Assembly: GCA_963725215.1 (NCBI GenBank)
Contig: CAVRXQ010000007.1
Span: 465,294 to 529,293 of the forward strand
Direction of reading: 5' to 3'
From: an uncultured Acidimicrobiaceae bacterium
GTDB taxonomy: Bacteria; Actinomycetota; Acidimicrobiia; Acidimicrobiales; Bog-793
DNA: 64,000 nt
Under the pieces are notes generated by a model. That model saw only the letters and a list, made by a program, of their open reading frames with translations. It did no database searches and was not told the DNA's origin. Position 1 is the first letter of the stretch; the number at the start of each line of letters is the position of its first letter. A program made the translations under genes and the position numbers. Shown here in pieces: positions 39,764 to 50,055 of this stretch.

Positions 39764-42700
39764 GCACTCCGTGCTGGCGGACGCACCAGCGCGCTCGGCG
39801 ATCGGTCAACGCCTCGACGAGACGCTGTTCGTCGAAGCGGGCGCAGGTACCGGCAAGACGACAGCGCTTGTCGGACGGGTTCTGGAGCTCGTTCGGTCGA
39901 AGAGAACGTCGATCGGCAAGGTCGCCGCGATCACCTTCACCGAGGCCGCCGCCGCGGACTTGCGCTCGCGTATCCACCTCGAAATGACGCTCGCATCCCG
40001 TCGACCTGACGGTGAGTGGGCGAGGGGCGCACTCGGGGAACTCGACGACGCCTCGCTGACGACGATCCATGGCTTCGCCCAACGGATCCTCGCCGAGCAC
40101 CCGCTCGCGGCTCGACTGCCGTTGCGATTCAACGTGTTCGACGAGATCGAATACGACTTTGCCTTCGATCGACGCTTTCGAGACGTGATCGACGATCTCG
40201 TCGCCGACGATGAACGTGGCCTGCTCGTCGCCGCGGCCCTTGCGGTCGACATTTCGTTATCGACACTTTCCGAGCTGGCCGCTGAGGTCGACTCGAAGTG
40301 GGATCGCTTCCTCGAAATTGCAGACGACGAAGTCTCGCTCGAGTCGCTCGCCGCGGAGGTCGATGCCGTGGAGTCCGAGCTCGCCGAGATGATCGCATCG
40401 GTACTTCCCCTCCGATCGGCCTGCGACGACGACGAGGACGGACTCTGCAAGCAGATCGACAAGCTCGGAGAGGCCCTCGAACGCCGAAAGGCGTCGAAGG
40501 ACTGGATTGATCGGCTCGAGTGGTGCTACTCGATCGGCAAGATCAGCCACGCGCGCACCGGTTCGAAGGAGTCGTGGAGGGTCCGCCCGATCGCTGAAAT
40601 TCGAGATGTCCTGCGCGTCCTCGACGAGCGCCGAGAGGCGATCGTGACGCGCATCGTCGGCCGGCTGCTGCGCTCGCTCGTCGTCGTCTTCGAGCGCGAG
40701 GCGGTCACCGCCGCCGAGGAGCGAAGAAGGAAGGGAGAGCTGAGCTTCCACGATCTGCTCGTCTTCGCCCACCAGCTCCTGTGTTCGCGCCCCGACATCG
40801 CCAACGAGGTGAGTAGCCGCTTCTCGCACATCCTCATCGACGAGTTCCAGGACACGGATCCCTTGCAGCTGGCGATCGTGAAGCTGCTCGCGAAGGACGC
40901 GAGCGGCGAAGGACTCGAGCCGGGAAAGCTCTTTTTCGTCGGCGATCCCCGACAGTCGATCTACCGGTTCCGGGGCGCTGAACCCGAGCTCTACGAGCGG
41001 GAACTCAACGAAATCGCGCCTTCGGGGCCTGTCGTTTTGACGAGCAATTTCCGTTCGGTGCTTGGGATCGTCGAATTCGTGAACGCGGTCTTCGAGCGCA
41101 TGGGGGAAAACCGAGATGACAGCGCGTCGAAATACCACGCGCTTTCGGTCGTACGCGGAATCGAGGCCCCCGGCGCCGCGGTAAAGGTCTGCGGGGTGCA
41201 GGCGGGCGGGCGATCAAGCGAGCACGACCGACGGGTAAGAGAGGCTCTTGACGTCGCCGAGCTCATCGACAGGTGCGTGCTCGAGGAATGGCCCGTCGAG
41301 GTCGACGGAGTCGTGCGCCCCGCCCGCTACGGCGACGTCACAATCTTGGTGACGAAGCGGACCGGACTCGCCGAGCTCGAAGACGCGCTCGACGCCCGCG
41401 ACATTCCGTTTCGTGCCGATTCGCCGTCGCTCATCTTGCGTTCGGCGGAGATACGTGACTTCCTGGCGTGTCTTCGCGCGATCGACCTGCCCGGAGACGA
41501 AGCGGCGCTCGTGGGCGCGTTGCGCACCCCAATGCTCGGCTGTGGCGATGACGACTTGTGGCGATACCGGCGAGCTGGCGGCCGCTGGTCGCTCGAGCTC
41601 GCGAGAGCCGACGAGCCCGGCCGGGTCGGTAACGCGTTGCGCCGGCTCGGGGCGCTGGCCGATCGACGCCACGACCTCGGGCTCGTGCAAACGATGCACG
41701 CGGCCGCGGAGGAGCTCAAAATCTTCGAGATCGCTTCGACGAACCGCCACGGCGAAGAGTCGCTGCGTCGCTTGCACTATTTGTTCGCGCGCGCGTCGGC
41801 GTTTGTCGACGCGGGAGGCGATTCGATCGCCGACTTCGTTGACTGGATCGACCGACAGGCGGGTGCGCGGGTGCGCGGCGTCGAAACGGCGATTGGAGAA
41901 CCCGACGGCGCGGTCCGCATTTTGACGGTCCACGCGGCAAAGGGCCTCGAGTTTCCGATCGTCTTCCTTGCGGAGCTGGCGGCAGATCCCGCTCGCCAGC
42001 ACGTGGCGGGACGGATCCTCTTCGGAGATGACGACTGGCCCGAGATCCGCATCCGCCGCGGCGTCGAGACGCCCGGATATGCCGCGCTTCACGAGGATGA
42101 GACCGAGCGTGCAGAAGAGGAACTGGTGCGGCTGCTGTACGTCGCGATGACGCGGGCACGAGACCACCTTGTCGTCTCACTCCACCGCTCCGAGTCGGGC
42201 TCGAAACAGACGCCGTCGCTCGCCGATCGACTTGCCGAGCTGCTGGAGCACCTCGACGGCGCATACGTCGAGGTCGGTTCCGGCGTCCCTACCTCCCCGC
42301 ACGAAGCGGCGATCGCTCCGCAATCGCGTGGACCCGCGGCGACCAAGGAGGCGTTCGCGGCCTGGCGCGCGAGGCGTGAAGCGGTCAGTCGGGCGAGCTT
42401 GTTGCCAACGAGCGTCGGCGCGAGGGCGATGGAGGCACATCGGTACGCGAACGTCGAGATCAACGGGCACGACGCCGAACCCCCATCCGGCTCCGAGAGG
42501 TGGCGACGTGCGCGCGGCGCGACGGCGATCGGGCGCGCCGTGCACGGCGTTCTGCAGCGCGTCGACCTACGTGACCGGCGCGGGGTCGATGAACTCGTCG
42601 TGTCGGAGACGATTCGCAACGACTGTGTCGAGACCAAGGACACCGTCCGCGCGCTCGTCGATGCCGCGCTCTCGTCCGACGAGTTGCGGCGCGCCGCCGC

Positions 42701-43055
42701 CGCGACGCGATCGTGGCGCGAGTTGCCGGTTTCCGTGCCGATCGCGGATGGCGTCCTCGATGGCGTCATCGACCTCGCCTATGAAGAAGACGAGCGGCTC
42801 ATCGTCGTCGATTACAAGACGGACACGCTCTTGGACGAGGAGGCACTGCGCCGCCGCTGCGCCGAATACCGGCCGCAGGCCGGTGCGTACGCCCTCGCGC
42901 TGGCGAGCGTGCTTGGGCGGCCGATCGGGCGCTTCGTGTTCCTTTTCCTGCGTGCGCCTGGCGGGGTGCGGGCCCTCGAGGTCGCCGATCTCGAGGCCGC
43001 GACATCCGACGCCACCGAGGCAGCCGAGCGGTATTTGGCGACGCCCGCCCGATGA
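39756..43055 (+). CDS. addA: AddA/UvrD-like ATP-dependent helicase-nuclease subunit
   Basis: Walker A EAGAGTGKTT, UvrD motifs (ILIDEFQDTDPLQ, FFVGDPRQSIYRFRGA, TVHAAKGLEFP), C-terminal nuclease IVVDYKTD. ATG at 39756 overlaps the addB end by 8 nt. Confidence 0.85.
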   Translation: MGEHSVLADAPARSAIGQRLDETLFVEAGAGTGKTTALVGRVLELVRSKRTSIGKVAAITFTEAAAADLRSRIHLEMTLASRRPDGEWARGALGELDDASLTTIHGFAQRILAEHPLAARLPLRFNVFDEIEYDFAFDRRFRDVIDDLVADDERGLLVAAALAVDISLSTLSELAAEVDSKWDRFLEIADDEVSLESLAAEVDAVESELAEMIASVLPLRSACDDDEDGLCKQIDKLGEALERRKASKDWIDRLEWCYSIGKISHARTGSKESWRVRPIAEIRDVLRVLDERREAIVTRIVGRLLRSLVVVFEREAVTAAEERRRKGELSFHDLLVFAHQLLCSRPDIANEVSSRFSHILIDEFQDTDPLQLAIVKLLAKDASGEGLEPGKLFFVGDPRQSIYRFRGAEPELYERELNEIAPSGPVVLTSNFRSVLGIVEFVNAVFERMGENRDDSASKYHALSVVRGIEAPGAAVKVCGVQAGGRSSEHDRRVREALDVAELIDRCVLEEWPVEVDGVVRPARYGDVTILVTKRTGLAELEDALDARDIPFRADSPSLILRSAEIRDFLACLRAIDLPGDEAALVGALRTPMLGCGDDDLWRYRRAGGRWSLELARADEPGRVGNALRRLGALADRRHDLGLVQTMHAAAEELKIFEIASTNRHGEESLRRLHYLFARASAFVDAGGDSIADFVDWIDRQAGARVRGVETAIGEPDGAVRILTVHAAKGLEFPIVFLAELAADPARQHVAGRILFGDDDWPEIRIRRGVETPGYAALHEDETERAEEELVRLLYVAMTRARDHLVVSLHRSESGSKQTPSLADRLAELLEHLDGAYVEVGSGVPTSPHEAAIAPQSRGPAATKEAFAAWRARREAVSRASLLPTSVGARAMEAHRYANVEINGHDAEPPSGSERWRRARGATAIGRAVHGVLQRVDLRDRRGVDELVVSETIRNDCVETKDTVRALVDAALSSDELRRAAAATRSWRELPVSVPIADGVLDGVIDLAYEEDERLIVVDYKTDTLLDEEALRRRCAEYRPQAGAYALALASVLGRPIGRFVFLFLRAPGGVRALEVADLEAATSDATEAAERYLATPAR

Positions 43056-44962
43056 CACGAGACCGATCCGTCGTCGACGCGCTCGAGCACGTGACGGGCG
43101 CACTCGCAGACGGCGGGGAATCGCGTCCCGGACAGGTGAAAATGGCCGAAGCGGTCGCGCGGGCGATCGAGGACGGACGCCACCTCGCCGTAGCGGCGGG
43201 GACGGGCACGGGAAAGTCCCTCGCCTACCTTGTGCCGGCGGTGCTCTCCGGGCACAGGGTCGTCGTCGCCACGGCGACGAAGGCGTTGCAAGACCAGCTG
43301 GCGGCGAAAGACGTGCCGCTCGTGCAGCGCGCCCTGCGGCCGTTCTCCTTCGCCGTGTTGAAGGGTCGTTCGAACTACGTGTGTCGGCAGCGCCTGCAAG
43401 AGTCCGTCGAGCGCGGCGCGCAAGGCGTCTTCTCCACGGAGGACTCCGGCTCCGAAAGAGCCTCTTCCGCGAAGCGCATCGTCGAGTGGGCGTCGCGCAC
43501 ACGGACGGGTGACCGTGCCGAACTCGAAGAGGAGCCGGATCCGGCTGTCTGGGGCGCCTTCAGCGTGAGCGCAGAGGAGTGCCCGGGCGCGCACCGGTGC
43601 CCTTCCGGCGCGAGCTGTTTCGCCGAGCTCGCGAAGGAGCACGCTGCCCAGTCCGAAGTGATCGCGATCAACCACCACCTCTTGGGCGCCGACCTCGCGT
43701 CCTTCGGCGCGGTTCTTCCCGAACACGACGTCCTCGTCGTCGACGAAGCGCACGCGCTCGAAGACACGGTGACCGACAGTCTCGGAATCGCGATCAGCCC
43801 CAGCCGGATCCGTGCCGTCGCGGTGATGGCCCGGGCGGCTTCGAGCGGCGCGAACCGAGGACGCGATTCTGCGATCGACGCGTTGTTCGAGGCGGCGACG
43901 TCGCTCGAGAACGCGCTCGACGGGCGATCTGGCGAGCGTCTCGTCAATCCGCTCGACCCCGATTTGCGCGCGGCGATCGAGCTCGCACGGACGCGATCAG
44001 AGGCCCTCGACGCCGCGCTCGGGATTGAGGGTCGGACAGAGACCGGTGCCGACGACGCCCAGCCCGCTTTGCGCGCCGTGCTCGCCTCGGCGCGTTTGCG
44101 AGAAGACGTCGACCGTTTCCTTGCCATGCGCGAGGAAGACGTCGCCTGGATCGAAGAATCCCGGCGTCAGGCGATTCGCGTCGCGCCGATCGACGTCGCC
44201 TCGCTGCTTTCCGAGCAGCTCTTTTCGACGAGGACGGTCGTGCTCACGAGCGCGACGATTACCCCCGGGCTTGGTCCCCGCCTCGGCGCCGACCCTGAAA
44301 ACGTCGACGAGCTCGACGTCGGAAGCCCCTTTGATTACGAGGGTCACGCGCTCTTGTACTGCGCCGCACACCTGCCCGACCGACGCTCGAGTGCCGCGGA
44401 AGCCGCGATCCACGACGAGCTTTGCGCGTTGATCGACGCGGCCGGGGGGCGCACTCTCGCCCTGTTCACGAGCCTCGGCGCGATGCGGCGCGCGGCCGAT
44501 GCGATGCGCCCGCGCGTGAGCTACCCGCTGCTCGTCCAGGGAGAACTCGCGAAACCGGCGCTCGTCGAGCGGTTCGCGAACGAACACGGCGCGTGCTTGT
44601 TCGCGACGATGGGGTTCTGGCAAGGCGTCGACGTCCCCGGCGAGACGCTGTCGCTCGTCGTCATCGACCGCATCCCGTTCCCGAGGCCCGACGAGCCGCT
44701 CGTCGCGGCGCGACGCGAACGTGCCGGGAAGGACGCGTTCTTCGCGATCGACATCCCACGCGCCGCGTCGTTGCTCGCGCAGGGCGCCGGTCGCCTGATC
44801 CGGAGCGCGTCGGATCGGGGAGTCGTCGCGGTGTTGGATCCCCGACTTGCGACCGCGTCGTACCGATGGACGCTCGTGCGCGCGCTGCCACCGATGCGTA
44901 GAACAAAGGTTCGCGCGGAGGCGGAAGCGTTCTTGCGATCGCTCCGCTCGCTTCCGGCCTGA
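43052..44962 (+). CDS. dinG: DinG/XPD(Rad3)-family ATP-dependent DNA helicase
   Basis: AAGTGTGKSLAYLVP, DEAH box (VVDEAHALED), four Cys in the Fe-S insertion (YVC...EECPGAHRCPSGASC). ATGA overlap with addA. Confidence 0.85.
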   Translation: MTRDRSVVDALEHVTGALADGGESRPGQVKMAEAVARAIEDGRHLAVAAGTGTGKSLAYLVPAVLSGHRVVVATATKALQDQLAAKDVPLVQRALRPFSFAVLKGRSNYVCRQRLQESVERGAQGVFSTEDSGSERASSAKRIVEWASRTRTGDRAELEEEPDPAVWGAFSVSAEECPGAHRCPSGASCFAELAKEHAAQSEVIAINHHLLGADLASFGAVLPEHDVLVVDEAHALEDTVTDSLGIAISPSRIRAVAVMARAASSGANRGRDSAIDALFEAATSLENALDGRSGERLVNPLDPDLRAAIELARTRSEALDAALGIEGRTETGADDAQPALRAVLASARLREDVDRFLAMREEDVAWIEESRRQAIRVAPIDVASLLSEQLFSTRTVVLTSATITPGLGPRLGADPENVDELDVGSPFDYEGHALLYCAAHLPDRRSSAAEAAIHDELCALIDAAGGRTLALFTSLGAMRRAADAMRPRVSYPLLVQGELAKPALVERFANEHGACLFATMGFWQGVDVPGETLSLVVIDRIPFPRPDEPLVAARRERAGKDAFFAIDIPRAASLLAQGAGRLIRSASDRGVVAVLDPRLATASYRWTLVRALPPMRRTKVRAEAEAFLRSLRSLPA

Positions 44963-45000
44963 CTCGTAGGATCGAATGCGATCGAGGCATCGGAGGAAAC

Positions 45001-45501
45001 GTGCCAGCGACGGAGGTGGAAGCGGAGATGGATGGGCCAAATGGCGACCCGCGAGAAAAGATCGTCGTTGGCATCGACGGGTCGAAATCCGCCAATCAGG
45101 CTCTGTCGTGGGCCGCGCGCCAGGCCAGGCTCACCGGGGCTTCGCTCGAGGTCATCTCGGTGTGGGCACCGCCGACCACGTTGGGGTGGACGCCGAACTG
45201 GCCGGAGGGGCTGGACCTCGCCCAAATCGCCGAGGATCTGCTCTCGAAAACCGTTCCCGAGGTGCTAGGAGCCGATCCCGGCATCGACGTCGTTCAAACA
45301 GTCGTCGAGGGTCATCCGGCACTTGTTCTCGTGGAACGCTCACGAGACGCCGCCCTCGTTGTCGTCGGGAGCCGTGGGCACGGGGCGTTTGCCGGGATGC
45401 TGCTCGGCTCGGTCGGTCTTCATCTCGCCTCCCACGCACACTGTCCGGTCGTCATCGTGCGCGAGTCACCGCATCAGCGTGAGGCGAAGCTGGCTCAGTA
45501 A
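45001..45501 (+). CDS. universal stress protein (UspA family)
   Basis: KIVVGIDGS...ALSWAA and VVVGSRGHGAFAGMLLGSVGLHLASHAHCPVVIV. An alternative start lies at ATG 45028. Confidence 0.85.
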   Translation: MPATEVEAEMDGPNGDPREKIVVGIDGSKSANQALSWAARQARLTGASLEVISVWAPPTTLGWTPNWPEGLDLAQIAEDLLSKTVPEVLGADPGIDVVQTVVEGHPALVLVERSRDAALVVVGSRGHGAFAGMLLGSVGLHLASHAHCPVVIVRESPHQREAKLAQ

Positions 45502-45526
45502 CCGCGCGACGCGAGCTGATCGAGAG

Positions 45527-46444
45527 TCAATAGCCGAGGCGGTCGATGAGCTCTCTGTGGCGTTGCCAGTCGCGCTCCACGCTCACGTGCAGGTCGAGGT
45601 ACGCGCCGTCGGGAAGCTGACGGCGGACGGCCTGTCCGACTGATTTCAGGACTTGGCCCTTCGAGCCGACGACGATCGGGCGCTGGCTCTGGCGTTCGAC
45701 GAGGATCTCGCATCGGATGTACGGCCATTCCCACTCGGTCACCTCGCAGGCGATCGAGTGGGGGAGCTCGTCCCGCACGGTCTTCAGCAGTTGTTCGCGC
45801 ACGAGCTCGGCGACGAAGAAGGCCTCCGGCACGTCGCTCACGGTCCCTTCAGGAAACAAGGGGGGCCCCTCGGGCAAGCGCGCGATGAGGTGGTCGACGA
45901 GCGCGTCGACGCCGAGGCCGCTCTTCGCCGACACCGGGAAGTACTCGGCGTCGGAAAGTCCGAGCTCATCGTGGGCGCGCGAAAGCTGCGCGAGTGCCTG
46001 TTTTGGCTGCGCGAGATCGATCTTGTTCACGACGACCACGGCGTCACGGGGGAGAGTGGAGGCGATTCGCCTGTCGCCCGGCCCGACCGGAGCCGTCGCG
46101 TCGACAACCAAACAGGCCACGTCGACATCGTCGAGTGACGCGCGCGCCTGTTCGTTCAGCCGGGATCCGAGCGCGGTCTTCGGTTTGTGGACCCCTGGCG
46201 TGTCGACGAAGACGGCCTGGACACCGGGGCGGTTCAACACCCCGTGGATCCTCCTTCGCGTCGTGTTCGGGGTCGCGGCCGTGATGGAGACCTTGGTCCC
46301 CAAGATCCGGTTCACGAGCGTCGACTTGCCGACGTTCGGTCGACCGACGATGGCGATGAATCCCGATCGCCCGGCTTCAGTGGCCGCGTTGTCCGGCGGG
46401 TGCCCGGTCGTGTCCCCGTGTGTGGGCGACGCGGCTTCGCTCAC
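45527..46444 (-). CDS. era: GTPase Era
   Basis: GRPNVGKST, DTPG, NKID and a C-terminal KH domain. Confidence 0.93.
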   Translation of the reverse strand: MSEAASPTHGDTTGHPPDNAATEAGRSGFIAIVGRPNVGKSTLVNRILGTKVSITAATPNTTRRRIHGVLNRPGVQAVFVDTPGVHKPKTALGSRLNEQARASLDDVDVACLVVDATAPVGPGDRRIASTLPRDAVVVVNKIDLAQPKQALAQLSRAHDELGLSDAEYFPVSAKSGLGVDALVDHLIARLPEGPPLFPEGTVSDVPEAFFVAELVREQLLKTVRDELPHSIACEVTEWEWPYIRCEILVERQSQRPIVVGSKGQVLKSVGQAVRRQLPDGAYLDLHVSVERDWQRHRELIDRLGY

Positions 46445-47760
46445 CTGAGCGTCGCGGTGGCGTCGGGCGCGCTCTTTTCGGACGCCGCGCCCGTCGAGTT
46501 GCGGACGATGCGCACCTGGCTGATGCGCCGACGCTGCACGCGCTCTGCCACGAGGGTGTGGCCGTCGGCGTCCACCGACTCGCCCTCTTGGGGTACGTGA
46601 CCCGACAGATGCAAGAACAACCCGGCGACGGTGTCCCAGTCACCGACCGGGAGTTCCGCGCCCAAAAGCTCGTTCACCTCGTCGATCGCCATCCGACCGG
46701 AGACCCGGTACGCGCCGTCCCCGAGCGGCTCGACCATCGGGTCGTCGGCGTCGAACTCGTCGGTGATCTCGCCGACGAGTTCTTCCAAGAGGTCTTCCAA
46801 GGTGACGATCCCCGCCGTCCCGCCGTACTCGTCGACGACGACCGCGAGGTGGAAGCGATCTCGCTGCATCTCGCGCAAAAGCGGTGCGACGCGTTTTGTC
46901 TCCGGCACGTAGTGCGCGGGCCGGCTGAAGCTCGACACCGGCGGGTCCTCGTCACCTTCGCGCACCGCGCGCACGACGTCGCGGGTGTAGGCGATTCCGA
47001 CGACGTCGTCGAGGGATCCTGCGTAGACGGGGATCCGGGAAAGCCCCGCCGACATCGCGACCTCGAGCACCTCCGAGGCGGGCGTGTGCGCCTCGACGGC
47101 GACGACGTCGGGACGCGGCGCCATGACCTCGCGCACGATCGTGTCCCCAAAATCGATGATCGAAGAGATGAGCTCGCGCTCTTCGTCCTCGATCACGTCC
47201 TCGTCCACCGCGACGTCCGCCATCGCGAGAAGCTCCTCCTCGGTCACATCGGGCTCGTTCGGGCCCTCGTGAGAAGAGGTCACGAGGTGCGAGAGCCCGA
47301 TCAGCGCCGACGCGACGGCGCGGATCGGCGGGAAGCGGATCACGGCAGAAACGATCGGCGCGGCGAACAACGCCGCGCGGTCGGGGTGCCGCACCGCCCA
47401 TTGCTTCGGGATCGCCTCGGCGACGACGAAGATCACGACGACCTCGAAAATCGTCGCGACCGCGACTCCGAGCGCGCCGAAAAGCCGAGACGCCTCGACG
47501 CCGACCAGGGTCGCCGTGACGAGCTGACAGACGAGCACTAATAGGAGCAACGGAGCGAGGAAGCGTTCGGGTTGTTCGGCGAGACGCAACAACGAGCGCG
47601 CGCCGTGGCGCTTGTGTTCGACGAGCGAGCGGGCGCGTGCCTGGCTCGTGCGGACGAGGCTCGTCTCGGCGAGGGCCAAGAGCGCCGAAAGCGCGATGAG
47701 CACGATCACCGCGGCGACCAACGCGCCGTCGCCGCCGCCGAACGAGGCGGCGTAGGTCAT
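46441..47760 (-). CDS. hemolysin-family protein (DUF21-CBS pair-CorC_HlyC, CNNM type)
   Basis: N-terminal DUF21 helices, tandem CBS (VREVMAPRPDVV..., RIPVY) and a CorC_HlyC tail. ATG at 47760 overlaps the ybeY stop. Confidence 0.88.
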   Translation of the reverse strand: MTYAASFGGGDGALVAAVIVLIALSALLALAETSLVRTSQARARSLVEHKRHGARSLLRLAEQPERFLAPLLLLVLVCQLVTATLVGVEASRLFGALGVAVATIFEVVVIFVVAEAIPKQWAVRHPDRAALFAAPIVSAVIRFPPIRAVASALIGLSHLVTSSHEGPNEPDVTEEELLAMADVAVDEDVIEDEERELISSIIDFGDTIVREVMAPRPDVVAVEAHTPASEVLEVAMSAGLSRIPVYAGSLDDVVGIAYTRDVVRAVREGDEDPPVSSFSRPAHYVPETKRVAPLLREMQRDRFHLAVVVDEYGGTAGIVTLEDLLEELVGEITDEFDADDPMVEPLGDGAYRVSGRMAIDEVNELLGAELPVGDWDTVAGLFLHLSGHVPQEGESVDADGHTLVAERVQRRRISQVRIVRNSTGAASEKSAPDATATLR

Positions 47761-48269
47761 CGCTTCTTCTTCCGGTAGAGCTGGTCGAGGAGGTCTTGTT
47801 CGCGCGCTTCCATCTCTTGGGCTTCTTTGTCGTTCTCGTGGTCCATTCCCAAAAGGTGCAGGATCCCGTGAACAACGAGCAACGCGACCTCGTCGTCGTA
47901 GGTGCCGGCGTGCCCCGGGGCGTTGTTGAACGCGACCTCCGGACAGATGACGACGTCGCCGATGAGGCTCGGCAGGCTGCCCGGCTCCGGTGGCTCCCAT
48001 CCCGGTCCTGAACCTCCGTTGTCGGGCGAGCGCCCGATCGGCGCGTCGTCCTCGTCGATCGGGAATGCCAAGACGTCGGTCGGGCCTTCGCGGCCCAGAA
48101 AGCGCTCGTTCAACGCGGCGATCGTCGTTGAGTCGACGAACAGCACCGAGAGTTCGGCGTCGCCGCGCACGCCTTCTTCGGTGAGCGTCTCTTCGGCAAG
48201 GCGCGCCCAGCGGTCGCAGTCGACCGCGTGCGCGGACTGCTCGTTCGCCACGAATACGTCGACGGACAC
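47757..48269 (-). CDS. ybeY: rRNA maturation endoribonuclease YbeY
   Basis: Metal site HGILHLLGMDH. GTG start at 48269, 7 nt after the phoH stop. Confidence 0.88.
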   Translation of the reverse strand: MSVDVFVANEQSAHAVDCDRWARLAEETLTEEGVRGDAELSVLFVDSTTIAALNERFLGREGPTDVLAFPIDEDDAPIGRSPDNGGSGPGWEPPEPGSLPSLIGDVVICPEVAFNNAPGHAGTYDDEVALLVVHGILHLLGMDHENDKEAQEMEAREQDLLDQLYRKKKR

Positions 48270-48276
48270 GGTCTTT

Positions 48277-49236
48277 CTAGCGCTGGTCGTCGTTGCGGTC
48301 GGCGCGCTCGTACGCGGAGACGATGTCGCGCACGATCCGGTTGCGAACGACGTCGGACTCACCGAGGCGCACGAAGCCGACGCCGTCGATGATCCCCAAG
48401 ATCTCTTGCAGACCGACGAGACCGGACCTGCCGCCCGCGACGTCGATCTGGGTCACGTCGCCGGTGACGACGGCCTTGGTCCCGAATCCGATACGGGTGA
48501 GGAACATCTTCATCTGCTCGGGGGTCGTGTTCTGCGCCTCGTCCAAGATCACGAAGCTCGCGTTGAGGGTCCGGCCGCGCATGAAGGCGAGCGGCGCCAC
48601 TTCGATCGTCCCCCGCTCCAACAGGCGTTGGGTGCCTTCCGGTTCCAACATGTCGTAGAGGGCGTCGTAAAGCGGGCGCAGGTACGGGTCGACCTTCGCC
48701 ATCAGGTCCCCGGGCAGGAAACCGAGGCGCTCTCCGGCTTCGACGGCAGGGCGGGCGAGGATGATCCGGTGCACCTGTTTGGACTGCAGCGCCTGCACCG
48801 CGGCCGCGACCGCGAGGTAGGACTTGCCGGTTCCTGCCGGGCCGATGCCGAAGGTGATCGTCGAGGTGGCGATGGTGTCGACGTACAGACGCTGGCCGGG
48901 GGTCATCGGCCGCACGGGACGCCCGCCGACGCCGCGGACGACCTCGGTGGCGAACACGTCCGAGGGTCGGACGTCAGCCTTCACCATCTCGATCGTCCGC
49001 CCGACGTGCGCGGCGTCGATCCCTTCTCCGGATTCGAGCTGCGTGACGAGCTCGTCGAAGATCCGCCCCACGCGGTGGGCTTCGGGGCCGTCGATCGTGA
49101 TCTCGTTGCCGCGTACATGGATCGTCGTGTCGCCGAATTCGCGTTCGACAAGGAGGAGTAGCTCATCGCGCTCGCCGAGGAGACCGACCATGAGCTCGTT
49201 CCCGGGAACGTGGATCTTGAGCTGTGTTGTGGACAC
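48277..49236 (-). CDS. phoH: PhoH-family ATPase
   Basis: GPAGTGKSYLAVA Walker A, ILDEAQN Walker B. Conserved phoH-ybeY-CBS-era order. Confidence 0.92.
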   Translation of the reverse strand: MSTTQLKIHVPGNELMVGLLGERDELLLLVEREFGDTTIHVRGNEITIDGPEAHRVGRIFDELVTQLESGEGIDAAHVGRTIEMVKADVRPSDVFATEVVRGVGGRPVRPMTPGQRLYVDTIATSTITFGIGPAGTGKSYLAVAAAVQALQSKQVHRIILARPAVEAGERLGFLPGDLMAKVDPYLRPLYDALYDMLEPEGTQRLLERGTIEVAPLAFMRGRTLNASFVILDEAQNTTPEQMKMFLTRIGFGTKAVVTGDVTQIDVAGGRSGLVGLQEILGIIDGVGFVRLGESDVVRNRIVRDIVSAYERADRNDDQR

Positions 49237-49311
49237 CGTTACCTGCTCGAGGGTACCAGTGGCGCGCGGCGATCGAGCACTTTGTCGCCCTTGTTTCGGT
49301 TGCCCGCGGCG

Positions 49312-49674
49312 CTAACCCGGCGGCCAGGTCATCTGACGGCCGCCGAGGACGTGCAGATGGAGGTGGCCGACCGAGTTCTGCGCGTGTCGGCCGACGTTGA
49401 GGACGAGGCGATACCCGCTTTGCAACACCTCGTCGCGCTCCGCCACCGCCTTCGCCAACGCGAACATCGACGCGACGACGACGCCGTCTTGGGGACCGAG
49501 TGTCGCGGCGTCGTCGATGTGGCGGCGGGGCACGACGAGAACGTGCGTCGGCGCGACGGGGGCGATGTCTCTGAACGCGACGACGGTGTCGGTTTCGCCG
49601 ACCACCTCGGCGGGAGCAGTCCCGCCGACGATCGCGCAAAAGACGCAGTCGGAGGGAGCCTCGGTCGCGATCAA
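49312..49674 (-). CDS. HIT-family (histidine triad) nucleotide hydrolase
   Basis: CVFCAIV N-terminus and HLHLHVLGG histidine triad. Confidence 0.9.
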   Translation of the reverse strand: MIATEAPSDCVFCAIVGGTAPAEVVGETDTVVAFRDIAPVAPTHVLVVPRRHIDDAATLGPQDGVVVASMFALAKAVAERDEVLQSGYRLVLNVGRHAQNSVGHLHLHVLGGRQMTWPPG

Positions 49675-50055
49675 CGGAGGCGGTCCGTTCGTGCCGTGGC
49701 CGCGCGGCGAACGAATCGTCGCGGACTCGAAGGTTCGCTAGTCGGGCACATCGGCGCACCGTACCAGCGGCGCGTTGCTGGCACGAACAATGAGCCGGTG
49801 ATGGATTCACATCGCACCCGCTGCCGCCCAGTCGCCAGCGTTGGCCGTGCGTTGTCCCGCGCACGCTTGGGTGTCCCGGATGAGATGACGTCCGCCCTCC
49901 CTGTCGAAGCGCTGCCCTCGTCGTTAGCGTGATCGAGAGGGCATCCGTCCCAGACAACGAGGTCGCGCGCGACGCGCCTCGATTCGCGAGTTAGGCGCGA
50001 TGCCGCGCGCATTGGAAGGCCCGCTGTTTGCAACGGTGAACGGGGCGGCGCGCGC

